Made by a program: the position numbers and the translations under genes
Shown here: piece by piece, positions 1 to 11,465 of the stretch
Numbering within the stretch: the stretch's first letter is position 1
Layout: each line of letters opens with the position of its first letter
Notes under the pieces: generated by a model
Told to the model about the DNA's origin: nothing
The model's database searches: none
The model's input: only the letters and a program-made list of their open reading frames with translations
Origin: Callorhinchus milii
Lineage: Eukaryota
DNA: 52,267 nt
Direction of reading: 5' to 3'
Assembly: GCF_018977255.1 (NCBI RefSeq)
Contig: NW_024705352.1
Location: 1-52,267, forward strand

Positions 1-237
1 TCTCTTTCTGCCGATACGTGTTCTCTCTTTGTGTGTCTTTGTGATGTTTGTCTGCTTGTGTGTCTGTCTATAGTTTTCTGGTTAGATTTTTGTTTCTTTT
101 ATACCTGATGATGATTTCTTGTGTTGCAATCGAAACGTCGTAGTATGCTATTATTTAATTTATTATTTTATCTTTATACGTGACTTAACCGAAAGAACCA
201 AAGAATAATTCCTGCAGTCACGAAAGCTCCAAAATTG
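1..237 (+). mobile_element. Penelope-like element 3' pLTR end (cut by window start)
   Basis: 61-210 closely matches 46066-46220; contains the hammerhead core and the 3' CGTGACT..AGTCACG-AAAGC motif shared with the GIY-YIG-bearing copies at 7415-8823 and 15105-16100. Confidence 0.85.
101..143 (+). ncRNA. Minimal type-I hammerhead ribozyme (PLE-associated)
   Basis: CTGATGA (105-111), stem II gatttc/gcaatc with one mismatch, GAAAC-GTC (132-139) with palindromic ACGT stem III. Confidence 0.75.
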
Positions 238-1634
238 AGATTGGATCAGTACTGTCAATGGAGATGATCATGGAAACATGTACTTGGTCGGTGTTATTTA
301 TTCGTATGATGCTCAGTATCCATGTATAAACAGTTTCGTTGGGGCACTTGGGGTCTGGCTGATAGAAATCACAGCATGCATAGCCTAGCATTGGACCACA
401 ATTCATTCAGCTCTGTTAACATTACTATTTCCTCTTCACGTGAGAACATTGCTTGGCCTACTGTTGAATTTAGTGCTGAATGCTACGTGAGACCATCCAT
501 TGAATTGACAGATCGGTAATGCCACTTTCTGCCATCGGATAAACAATCAAATTGTGGGCTACACCGAACTCGTTATTCATTGTCCACTGGCAGTGTTGTC
601 GCAGGGACCTGTAATGTGGCCCAATAGTTGTACTCTGGAGATTTGGAATAGGTCCTATGCGCACCCCATTGGGAGAGGTTTCAATTTTGACCCAGTGGTG
701 ACCTGCCTATTAAGCTTGTTGCGTTAGAAAATGGAGTTTCTGGCAGCAGCCGTAACTTTTGGGTTGGTCAGTATAATACAGGCATTACCTGCGTTCCAGC
801 TCCCGTTTGGTTTTCCAACTAGGGCTAGTGGACTGTGTCTGCACTTTGCCACATTATCAAAAGCTGTAATGTGCGGGAGTAAAAAAAAGAACAATGTTTC
901 CCCACTCCACTAATTTTGCTGTCCTCTCTGAGCAACGATAGCTAAGGTTCACTCCTCGACAGGCTTTGTGCTCACATCGTTTAGAGCGTGAGTCAAGCGT
1001 TCTAACAACAACATAGCCTGGGAAATGTTTTTTTTTTACATCAGCACTCATAAAACGTGTGCATTGTGTATTCGCTTAATTTGCATTTGAATACAAATGG
1101 GCAAATGTGGAAAGGTGCAGCATGTTTAGAAAGGAGCAGTAAACGTAATGATTATCTTATGGAAATATGTTGTTTATTGGTATGGTCTCGTGGCTGCTGT
1201 TGCTAAAGACCAATATTTAGCATCATAATCGCACAGGTGGTAACGGTGAAGTCCTTGCAATCGCTTGTTCAGGCTGCTGTTTTGCGGAAGGGCATCCACC
1301 AGATGGAGCTTAAGAGATACCCTCCAGATGGTATTTGGTTCCACTCTTCCACGCCGGTCAGGCATCTTTTAAGAGGTGGGAATACCCACACTTTACCCCA
1401 ATAGGCCCCAACGGCCGATCGTCTGAGTGTTGAGTGAATAGAGGCAGGGAGATTTCAGAACTTTACATCGTTGTTTTGGGAGATCAAATTGAAAGGTTAA
1501 ATTACTACAGGATTCTCGTGTGCTCAAAAGTACACCTTGACAGGATCCGATATGGCATCATATGTAGCTACTAAGGCAAATTCTTAGAATAATACATTTA
1601 CTAATTTATCCAGGAGAACCACACTGAGTAACAT

Positions 1635-1900
1635 GACTTTTTCAGGAGGCGTCCTGCTGCATTGGGTTTTTATTGTAAAAAAAAATCAGCTAATTAATGA
1701 GTATGCATATTAAGTGAGAGGAGACAGGAGCACCCAGAGGAAATCCACGCGTGTGAAGGGGCAACACTCTATCCCTACACAGATGGAAATATATAGTAAT
1801 TAGTCCACATGCTGTACTGTCTGGCAACTCGACTCCAACGGGAATGGAGTTTCACAACGTTTGTAAGATCCACCAATCCTCGTTGCCTCCACAGTCCTGG
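1635..1900 (-). mobile_element. Decayed V-SINE-like repeat
   Basis: ggagcacccagaggaaatccacgc resembles the reverse V-SINE core; collinear similarity with 8895-9125. Confidence 0.5.
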
Positions 1901-2409
1901 ATTACAAATGTGTACTACGACCACCCGGCTGTGCTGCCCCAGCTGAGAGCATACAGAGCCCTGATGGCTATGAAATTGCACATCTGACATCTCATTCATC
2001 CTCCCTGGAGGATATCCCAGGGGCAAGGAAGCCCAGGGAGACGAGCCACAATGATGAGGTGTTGTGGTGAGCGCATCTTCATTGTGGAAAGCAGCTTTGT
2101 CAGTGGAATCCTAATGGACTGAGAGGTACGTGCAAAGGTTTCGCCGCTCAAAGTGTCAGTCAGAAAGCAGCATTTATTCACCATATATCCAAACGTCAAA
2201 CATCGGTTTAGTCATGCAATGTTTCGTCGTTGAGATCCCCTCAGAGTCAAAGTGTGTCTCTGCTCAAAAGATCAGGGGGCAAGTGCTCATATAAGTTGAT
2301 AGCCCTAAACCAGTATTGGAAATTCCACATTGCCGTGGCAGAAGCCAGTTTATCCATACAAATGCAGTGGGAAATCCTCCCTCATTGTGTGCACAAGGTG
2401 CACATTTAT

Positions 2410-2725
2410 GGTGGCGGGGTGATGCGGTGGTAACGCTCGTGCCTCGCAGAAAGAAGTGCCTGGGTTTGAGTTGGTGGCCTCCCTGTCAGCTGTTTTGGTT
2501 TGAGAAGATCTCCACGGCGTCCAGAACAGAAAAGGAAGCCCCATCCAGCAGGTGTGTGAGGCACCCTCGTGCGACAGAGGCTCCCACTGCACCGGCCCAA
2601 CGATCTGGTGATGTTCTCACCTGCATCGAGTTTGTGCGTGCGGCAACTTATTCAGTAGGAATCCGCACCTCCGATTCCCGCACCTCTGATTAGCATGGTT
2701 GGCTGTGTACGGTACGATGAAATTT
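2410..2725 (+). mobile_element. tRNA-derived SINE (family B)
   Basis: A-box-like GGTGATGCGGTGG and B-box-like GGGTTTGAGT at 5' end; 3' end ctctgattagcatggttggct..gtacggt recurs at ~44376-44412 and reversed at ~12815-12845. Confidence 0.55.
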
Positions 2726-2736
2726 TAAGATGCATA

Positions 2737-3702
2737 TGTGATGCCGCCGCCGCGAAGCCACTCTGCGGGCGCCCCATCTACGACCTTGCCACCACCAAGC
2801 GACGGGTCCGACACTGCTTCCTCCTCACCGCCCACCACATAAACACACCCTCACACATTTCCCCCCCCATAGAGCTCCGAGGGGAGGTCACCTGGCCGAC
2901 AGGTTTTCACCCAGAAGCCGTCTCATAGGGATAATCTTCACGGTTTCCTGCGGCCAGGGAATTGGGCGATCTCCCCCGATGCTAACTCGCACCGCAGCAC
3001 TGTGACTTGGGTTGAGATTACATGGTCACGGCGGGGCTACCCAGCCACCGTGGTTAAAACGCACCCCCACACACGGATCGGCAGGCAGGTAAGGGGGCGC
3101 AGCCACGAACGGCGGGAAGCCAGGGTGGGCGTCTGATTGGCAGGGCGAATGTGCTTGTGAATGGCCGCCGGCGCAGCAGTCAGCGGCGGGCCCTTTGATA
3201 TGGAAACCGGGATGTGGACGGTGATGAGAGCACTGAGTACTGCGGGGCAAGACGAGCAATCCGATTGACTGAGAGGGCCCTCGAATTAGAGACGGCTTTC
3301 TTTGATTTGGGTTAACAATAAGCCCTTTAAACCACCATAACGAAAACCCCCAATCGGCAACGCGGACGCGAGCAACGTCATTCGCCCTCCGACCCCTGAC
3401 CCCCGTTCGGAGCGTGTGATTACTGCGCGGGGTTGTGTGAGGGGAGGCGTCGCGTTTGATTGGAGGAGAGGCAACGGAGTGTTTTCAGGCAACCGAGAGC
3501 CGGCGACGAGCCATGCCCCTCTCGCGGACTCGCGGGGGTGCGACCCAAGGAGGAGAGCCGGCGGGCGACAGCCCTTATCCCGCGAGCGATGATTACAGTG
3601 GCGGCAGCAGCTGTTCACACACGAGTGAGGGATCGGGAAACGGCGGAACCCCTGCAGCCGGCGCCCAGCAGGGAGAGGCCTCGGGGGCCAACAGCCTCAA
3701 CA
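2737..3702. mobile_element. Solo LTR (Gypsy-type 4-bp TSD)
   Basis: GC/CpG-rich 966-bp island starting TGTG and ending AACA, flanked by identical CATA at 2733-2736 and 3703-3706. Confidence 0.7.
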
Positions 3703-4212
3703 CATACGCACATTCCCCAACTTGTGTGCCTTTCTGTGTGGAGTTGGTATATTTTCCCCGAGGTTTTATTTTGGGTTTTCCAATCTCCTTCCACAGCGAA
3801 AAAGATATACTGTATAATGTAACTGGTATTGGTCAAACATTCCCAAATGCTGAAAAATCATCTGCAAATTGCAAAATTTTGATTACACACAGAAACATCA
3901 CCCCTACTACAAAGAACCCTCTTGAAAAAAAGTCGAGCTACTCAATGAGACTTCCCTGGGTAAACAAACAATAAATAAATAGTATGTGCATATACAAGGC
4001 AGTAACTGCTTCCCAGTCTTAATAATTGGGCACATTTGGAAACGACATCTTGATGGACCAATATTGCAATTTAAAAACCTACTGACTTGCAGTACTGTTC
4101 AATAAAAGGGATAACTTGAATAGGGTGACCTTTTCTGTACTTTTAATATTGTGTCCTCAGTGTCTATACTTTTAACGTACAATTTTCAAAACCGTAAATG
4201 ATAGTACTAATA

Positions 4213-4632
4213 TAGTAGTAGGTTTTTACCCTTTTAAACTGGTACAAAACTGACACCTTTATTCAAGGCATCATGTTTTCAATAACCACAACACAAGTAG
4301 TCAAAAAAGAGCTCGGGGTAAGCATTTACACCCGAGCTTTCAATACTCTGATATTGCACTGTGTTTGAGTTGTACGCCTTCTGGTGTCATCTGGTCCAAC
4401 ACCAATGGGGACTAGGCTCTAAAGAAAGCTGTCTCGGGTGTGGACCAATCAACTTCAAGGACAGTGCATATTATTATCATTATCAGAGTTGCTTCTTTTT
4501 GTTTGCTTTTTTGACTACTTGTGTTGTGGTTATTGCAAACATGATGCCTTGAATAAAGGTGCCAGTTTTGTACCAGTTTAAAAGGGTAAAAACCTACTAC
4601 TATATTTTGCCGCTGGTAAAAGAGATCTCATA
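4213..4632 (+). mobile_element. Fold-back element with ~100-bp inverted arms, one-sided tail and 13-bp TSD
   Basis: Arms 4209-4309 / 4506-4606; tail 4607-4632; direct repeat GATAGTACTAATA at 4200-4212 and 4633-4645. Confidence 0.8.
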
Positions 4633-7477
4633 GATAGTACTAATAATTTACAATTCTAAAGCGCTTTTCACTTGAAGATCACAATCCCATAGCTTTCAGG
4701 TAACCCGTTTCTATGTTTAGCGGTGTATTATCAAATAGGTTGCCCGGAAACCTATAGGCTTTGGGCCCATGGCAGGATACGTAAAAAGTATATTGTCTAG
4801 TATATTGCAAAAGCAAGAACTGATTTAGTTGAGACTATAACAGAATGTCAGTCCTAAACCTGCTCGTCTTGTTACACATGGGACTGAATGTTACACCACT
4901 GCCTGTAAATTCCAGTAAAATAAGTGAAGTGTCTGCCCTTATGAGTGCAACTTACATTTTGGCAGAGTAGACCATAGACGTTGAGTGTCGAATTTCCTAC
5001 AGCTGCAGAATCTGGCAGAAGGAAGGAAGGAACGTCGATGTCCGGGGACATCAACGACATTGGCATTGATGTAATTAAATCGTGTTGCAAATACTGAATG
5101 GAGTAGTGGCACAATGGGTAGTGCACCGTGCATGCTATGGGAGACCTAAATTGCTCTAAGCAGGCAGTTGGAGAAACATATTTGAATGGGGAGTAATGGT
5201 TTTAGCATATATGATCAATTATTGATCATTCTTTCAACATTGTTTAGAAAACTCCAGCAACGGAAATTGATTGCGTGTTCAGCGATTTTGCTGGTGGGAC
5301 ACTTTAAAGCATTTATTGATTGCACATAAAGGTTTTGACTGCCGTATATTAATAATCCCAGTGGAATATGTTGACTGCATCGCATGGCAGTACTGTACAT
5401 TTCCTTACAATGACTGCCACTTCAATCGTGGATCAACTACAAGAGAGCCATTTCTATTTTAAAGACCCTCCATGGACTCTCACCTACCTAGCTCTCTGCT
5501 CTAATCTCGCTCTGCTCTCAACCACGCCCTGTCCGCTCCGGCCGCCGGTCAACTTCTGGTCAGTGGGTGGCAACTCCTTTCCTGCTGTCTCATTGTCTGT
5601 ATGCACTTCGTCTGGCCATTCACACCGCCAACTTCCTACTCGAGTTGAAGTCCAGGTAAAGACGTTTTTTTCCCCAGCTCCAATTCACCCTCCCTTCCCC
5701 GACATTAACTACATCCCTCTTCACAACTTCCTCATCCCATTCATGACGCTCACTCATCACGAGCCACTCATTGTCACTCTCATCATCGTTTATTTCACGC
5801 ATTGTCACATTCGTCATGTACTACCGTCATTCTCGCCAACTCATCAAAGTTAATCACACTATTCTGCTGTACGAATAGTTAATTCTTTGTTCAGTGCCTT
5901 GGTCAAGGTGCTGTTTAAATAAAAATGAGATACAATGTATGTTTCCTTTATAAGAAATGCATTTCATTGGACTTTCCTGTCCTCTCTACCCCTCCTTTCA
6001 AAAAACCCTCCCCAAAACCTTCTCGAAGGACATGCCTAAGTTTTTTTGTATGCAACACATTGACATACAGGTATAATCACCGCGGTGTATGCTTCCAAAC
6101 TCAGAATCAGAATATGTATTTATAATGGAGGAATTCGACGAGCTGTAAAGCACAGATATCCAGCAGGGGCGGGTAACAACGTTGCAACAACAATCAGTAC
6201 AAAAACACGATAGCAGTGCAAAATACATTAAAGGTAAAGAAATAATACAAACACATACAAATACAACTAAACCATCCCCATCCTACCAGGCAAAGCCCCC
6301 TGAGGTATTAACTAAAGTCGTTGTGTATTTCGTGTAGATATAGCTGGAGCTGTCGATGGGCAAGTTCGAGAAAATATCCCCACCCAACGTTGCTCTGAGG
6401 GGGTTGGGGGCCCCTCCATAAAATATTCCACGAGAAATTAAGCCCTATTTATGCGTCTACTTTGTGATGATTTCTTATTCAGCGCGAATTGATTCTTACC
6501 ATAGAAATGTGGAATTCCCCAAACTGGTAAATGGTCGCCAATGGATGTGAGCTCGGTATGTTATTTCTCATTTGACCAGCGGGCACACTTTGGCTTTCAA
6601 GATACAAAATACAACCGTAATCGCGTGTCAACCACTACGATTAAAATAGCGTGACTGTGTGTATTGGGCTTCGTCCCCTTGTGCCATGAACCGAGTTTAA
6701 ATTGCAACTAAAATGCAAATGTTCATCGTTGTCGTGGTAATAAAATACACCTGTAAAAGTAAAAGTAATACGTGTCTGTAGGGTCCGACCTTGTTAAAAA
6801 CAAACGCAGATGTGAATATGAAAAAGAAGAGATTAACCTTTGTGGAGGTGAGTGGTGAGTGAGTGATTCATGTGGAGAAAATCACTGGCAAATGGTAGAA
6901 AAACAGTGTTCTACTGTTTAAAAATAGCACCTTAAGTTGCGTGTTCATGAGACAGAAGCTTGCTTCACTTCCCATTTCATGGCCACAGATCATACGCTGA
7001 AATTAACTCGTGTTTACTTGCTGCATATATGAGGGGTTGTCAAAAAACACAAGGGGCAAATGTTCAGTTAAACATATTATTATGCTACTTTACCCAGAAG
7101 AGCCTCACTGAGTCTCAAGACTCCTCTTCAGGAGGGTCCTGCCAAGTTTTTTTTGTAGTAGGGGGTAATTTTGCTGGTGTGTAATCCCAATTGAGTCATT
7201 TTGAAGGTATCTGTATGTTTGGTATCGAACAACATTGCCATTCTTGCTGTGAGACAAGAGTTACCAATGAGCCCTGCCATTCTCAAAAGTATGCTGTATT
7301 TTAGATATTTATCAAATTTTATGACAAGAAACTACCTTGGAAAGAATCAGATAAATATGCAGAAAACCCATACTTCACCAGCCGTGGCTCTCAGTGGCAA
7401 CCCACATATTCCTGTTCTTAGATTTTTTCCGTAAAGTCACGTAGGTAAAAAATTAAAATTAATAAAAGTAAAAAAAT

Positions 7478-7518
7478 CACGACGTTTCGCAGGCAACACA
7501 AGCTTCTGTCTTCAGGTG
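7478..7518 (-). ncRNA. Minimal hammerhead ribozyme
   Basis: Minus strand cac-CTGAAGA-cagaagc-ttgtgtt-gcctgc-GAAACGTC-gtg; stem I cac/gtg. Confidence 0.7.
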
Positions 7519-7722
7519 GAACTGTCACAGCACGATAGCTGTATCAAGTGAGAGAAATTCCAAGAACACAGTATTTGTATATATACTGGTTGAGGGTGGG
7601 AGGAGCCAAGGTAGGCCCTGAATATTATTTTTTTGAGGTTCGGTGCGGCTGAAGCACGCTATTAGGAATGAGCCTTTGTTGTGTAAACTAGGTGCAGATG
7701 ATGTAAAGGTGCATGTAAAAGG

Positions 7723-7932
7723 GACTGAGCCTTTTTGTTATGTAGAGATGATGCGGCTGAAATCGCTGTCAGGAAATGAGTCTTTGTTGTGTAGAATGGT
7801 TGACTGAGCCTATTATTATGTAGAGGTGGTGCAGCTTAAATCGCTGCCAGGAAATGAGTCTTTGTTGTGTAGAATGGTTGACTGAGCCTATTGTTATGTA
7901 GAGGTGGTGCGGCTGAAATCGCTGCCAGGAAT
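7723..7932. repeat. ~78-bp tandem repeat inside PLE UTR/pLTR
   Basis: gactgagcct..atgtagag..gctgaaatcgctgccaggaa unit repeated about 2.7 times; about 1.7 units in the mirror arm 8337-8467. Confidence 0.85.
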
Positions 7933-8029
7933 GCTCCAAATATGTGTAGTTAAATCTTTTTCGCGGACACGATCAGAGATATGACGTTTCGTTTCTCCAA
8001 TGTAGCAATCACCATAACTGCAACTCAAC

Positions 8030-8318
8030 ATTGGAGAAACGAAACGTCATATCTCTGATCGTGTCCGCGAGCACAAGTCAGATCTGAAACACAGCAAAAC
8101 TGATTCTTCCGCTGTTGCCGATCATTGCTACAACGCTGTGGGCTCTCATGAAATTGTCTTTTCCGAGACTAAGGTGCTCTGCAAGCCTCCTGGCTACCAT
8201 CAAAGGTTTGTATACGAGGCCATCCAAATATACAAACACAGACATAATTTCAACCGAGATGATGGGTACAACTTAGTAATCATTGAAAGATGTTATTAAC
8301 CATGCAAAAAATATTTAA
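8030..8318 (+). pseudogene. PLE C-terminal GIY-YIG endonuclease fragment
   Basis: Reads IGETKRHISDRVREHKSDLKHSKTDSSAVADHCYNAVGSHEIVFSETKVLCKPPGYHQRFVYEAIQIYKHRHNFNRDDGYNL, then frameshifts; closely similar to ORF 15733-16083. Confidence 0.9.
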
Positions 8319-8669
8319 CTACACATATTTGGAGCATTCCTGGCAGCGATTTCAGCTGCACCACCTCTACATAACAAAGGCTCAGTCAACCATTCTACAC
8401 AACAAAGACTCATTTCCTGGCAGCGATTTCAGCCGCATCATCTCTACATAACAAAAAGGCTCAGTCCCTTTACATGTACCTTTACATCATCCGCACCTAG
8501 TTTACACAACAAAGGCTCATTCCTAACAGCGTGCTTCAGCCACACCGAACCTCACAAAAAGAATATTCAGGGCTTACCTTGGCTCCTCCACCCTCAACCA
8601 GTATATATACAAATACTGTGTTCTTGGAATTTCTCTAACTTGATACAGCTATCGTGCTGTGACAGTTCC

Positions 8670-8709
8670 GACCTGAAGACGGAAGCTTGTGTTCCTCCGA
8701 AACGTCATG
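8670..8709 (+). ncRNA. Minimal hammerhead ribozyme (somewhat decayed)
   Basis: CTGAAGA 8673-8679 ... GAAACGTC 8699-8706. Confidence 0.6.
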
Positions 8710-8894
8710 ATTTTTATTTTATTTTTATTTAACTTTTATTAATTTTATTTTTTACCTACGTGACTTTACCGAAAAATCCTAAGAATATGAATCCTTGCAG
8801 TCACGAAAGCTTCAAATCTAGAACACATATTCCTGCTTTAAAAATGTTATTTATATATTTAAAAAGTATCATTATTATTCAGAAAAGTCTAAGG

Positions 8895-9125
8895 ACTCGT
8901 TTGCAAGAGGGTTCTGCATTGGGCTTTTTACATTAAGATATGTGTGTGAAGAAACCAGAGCATCCAGAGAAAACCCACACATTTGAGGGGGCAGCACTCC
9001 ATCTTATACCGATGGAAGAGAAGGAGATTCGTCCACACTTGCTATTCGATCTTCTCCTGGCAAGCCACAATATGGCATCTTAATGCCCATGAGAAGGTAG
9101 TTTGTTTCCTCACCTCCACAGTGCT
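8895..9125 (-). mobile_element. Decayed V-SINE-like repeat
   Basis: ccagagcatccagagaaaacccacac core; collinear with 1635-1900. Confidence 0.5.
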
Positions 9126-9289
9126 GGCTTACGGACGACATGCGTAGCCACCACAAGTAATGCACTTATGTTTATAATAACATTTAACGTCTGCAAGGGC
9201 AATGGGATGCCTGCATAAGGCAACACAGCAATTAGTTTTCGAATGGCATGTGCTGAAAACTAGAGTGCTTCGGGATAAAACACCCAATT

Positions 9290-9490
9290 CATCATTATCA
9301 TCATCAGCAGCAGCTAGAATAATAATGCAATTAATAACGCGCGCAAATTTGCGGACGAAACGGCAATCCACTGCTGGATGAAGGCCTCCCCAAGCTGCCG
9401 TCATCTCCCATGATGCTCATAAGTTAGAATCCACCTCGTGCCTGTACATTAACCGATTTCATCACCCTATCTCCCTGGAAAATGTCCTTT
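9290..9490 (-). mobile_element. Decayed RTE-clade LINE 3' end
   Basis: Minus strand encodes LGEAFIQQW-like terminal motif followed by a (GAT)n-type tail; related to 39094-39315 and 39868-39947. Confidence 0.55.
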
Positions 9491-10439
9491 CAAATGCATT
9501 TCCTTCCTTGTTATATGAGGGAATAGCAGACACACTCTATACAGACATGTCAAATACCTGCTTTTTGTACTGCCACATAAGGCACTTTTGCTACCTGCGT
9601 AGATAGGTGGCTGTTTCATGCAGCGTCTATCTTTGTGCGACCACCAAACACACCCCTTCGTGTTCAACGACAGGGGAGTGACACCGCACCCTGCTGATGA
9701 ATCTCTATAAAGCCGGCGTTGTGGCCGTTTTATTTACAGTAGATTGATGTGCACTGCGGCTCGGATCTGGCCTGCTCTTATCCGTGAGGTCTCGCAATTA
9801 CTGCCCTCCTTTCATCAAAGGCTTAGAGTTTCATGAGTAATGAATGTGGTACATTTATCTCTCCCCACCGTATGAATATGTAAGTCATAGCCAAAGGCAG
9901 AATGTAAAGTTAAAACCTACTTGATGTGCCACCTCCTTTGTGAGAGACCCTTTTGGTCAAATTCACTAATTGGTGATTGTTTTTTTTTGTCAGAATTTCT
10001 CCGCATTAATAAACAATGCCTCTTTCAAGACATTTGGTTTACCTGGAAGAGTAGGCCAATGATACTCTCGAAAGTGATCTACGGAGCTTTCTCTAGCGCA
10101 GGCCCTTCTGTCAGCATTGTTTCGTGTAATTCAGGGCTGCACCTTTCCCATTTTACCTTTTTTTACTAAAAATGCGTAAAATCGCGAGAGTGTTTTTTTT
10201 TTATCTCATCAGAAATTGAATCGGTTCCATTTACGTCACGATCTGTCTGTCTTTCTGTTCGCCTGCCTGCGCTTTCGCCAGAGATACAGAATACATCAAA
10301 GTCACATATTTTTCTGCTCAAATCAGCATTGAGATGGTGCCCATCTCCTGTGCACAGCCCTGTGGCAGTCGTGGATATTCCTCAATCCTATGGTGGGGCT
10401 GAGTCTATCCGTAGGACAACCACTAATGGCTTCCCCACA

Positions 10440-10512
10440 AAGTGGTACTCATGTATCAAGCCGAGATGGATGATGGGCTCAGTCAATCCTCTAGCAAGGA
10501 TTTGAACTCGAG
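10440..10512 (-). mobile_element. Ancient SINE core remnant (Meta/Sauria-SINE-like domain plus B box)
   Basis: ggtactcat..gatgggctcagtcaa..ggatttgaact; similar remnants at ~14010-14075, ~42325-42400, ~51935-52000. Confidence 0.4.
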
Positions 10513-11179
10513 ATGCATGTTATTGTGCAAAAAGTTCAGAATGCGTATAGTGAATACACATATAATGTGGACTGATTAACAGCTTTGGCTATGCTACTGA
10601 ATGTGAGTTACAGCACTGTGTGCAACGAAAGCCCAAAAGCATTCACGATAATAGGATCTCAACAAAACATGTCTGTGTACATGGCACCAAATGACAATGG
10701 AATAAGCCCTCATTTAATGTATCTGCATCCACCAGATGGCTTGGCTTGAGTGGTATACGGCAACAACAAAACACACATTAACCTTCCCAAGATACACTGC
10801 AAAAACGCAGTCATAATGACAAGAACAATATATAATACATTATTATTTTAAAATCATCAGTCTGATACTCTCACCGTCAATGCCATACATGCAACTGCAT
10901 ACTTTATACATGTTCTCCATTCTGCGGATGTAAATTCGTAATCTGCCTGGGTGGAGCTGTGGGTACAGTTCTCAACTTACAGAAAGTTATAAGTTTAAAT
11001 ATCATATCAGTAGGGGAAGGACTCTGCCCATCATCTGAAAAATAAACAAGAGAGGCCCAGAACTGGGTCAGATAACCATGACATTCATTGGCGTTGTGCT
11101 TGATTAAGAGTCGAACCCAGGTAATCAGGTTCGTCATATTATGAGTGATTATTGTGCCACTCCTCTCAAAGACAAATAC

Positions 11180-11465
11180 AAAGATCCCTATATAGCCTAG
11201 AGACGCTGTTGGAGCAAGTGATATAAGCGAGGACCTATGAAGGCCAGCATGGTGAAAGAGAGAGTGGTGTGATGATTGCAACATCCAGCCACCTTTGTCT
11301 CCCCAGTGTTCATGTATACACACCGCACATGATTTATATTTAAGGCTGAGTTGACCTGAGAAGGCCCAGGACCGGTTTAGATGTTTTTTTATCACTGACG
11401 TTAGCCGTGAGTGGGAATTGGACACAGGTCACCGGGTTCATAGCGCGGTGTATCACTATCGGGCA
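11180..11465 (-). mobile_element. tRNA-derived SINE (family A), diverged
   Basis: Collinear with 12297-12586 and 40019-40290 (ggctgagttgacct, cacctttgtctcccc). Confidence 0.7.

Larger units (their letters stand above)
7415..8823 (+). mobile_element. Penelope-like element, 5'-truncated, with inverted pLTR (fold-back)
   Basis: 7415-~7955 is the reverse complement of ~8313-8786; GIY-YIG remnant in the centre; TSD CACATATTCCTG at 7403-7414 and 8824-8835. Confidence 0.92.

Noticed and set aside
179..228. 3' stem-loop as a SECIS element
   Set aside because: No AUGA/GA quartet geometry, and no in-frame Sec-type UGA in the GIY-YIG remnants.
240..1000. Possible decayed Gypsy gag/protease on the minus strand (CGK..H-like and MDT-like traces)
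   Set aside because: Too degenerate to support without a profile search.
1990..2360. Possible decayed LINE RT C-terminus on the minus strand
   Set aside because: Only faint motif resemblance with many disruptions.
3026..3974. ORFs up to 172 aa (e.g. 3456-3974)
   Set aside because: GC-rich LTR-derived open frames; the longest crosses the LTR boundary; no domain similarity.
5368..5853. 161-aa ORF in a pyrimidine/CA-rich tract
   Set aside because: Low-complexity composition, non-ATG start, no recognisable domain.
7723..7932. Repeated units as a CRISPR-like array
   Set aside because: Head-to-tail tandem units without unique spacers, inside a retroelement UTR; no cas genes; eukaryotic context.
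10904..11425. 173-aa minus-strand ORF
   Set aside because: First half lies in a SINE; no coding signature.
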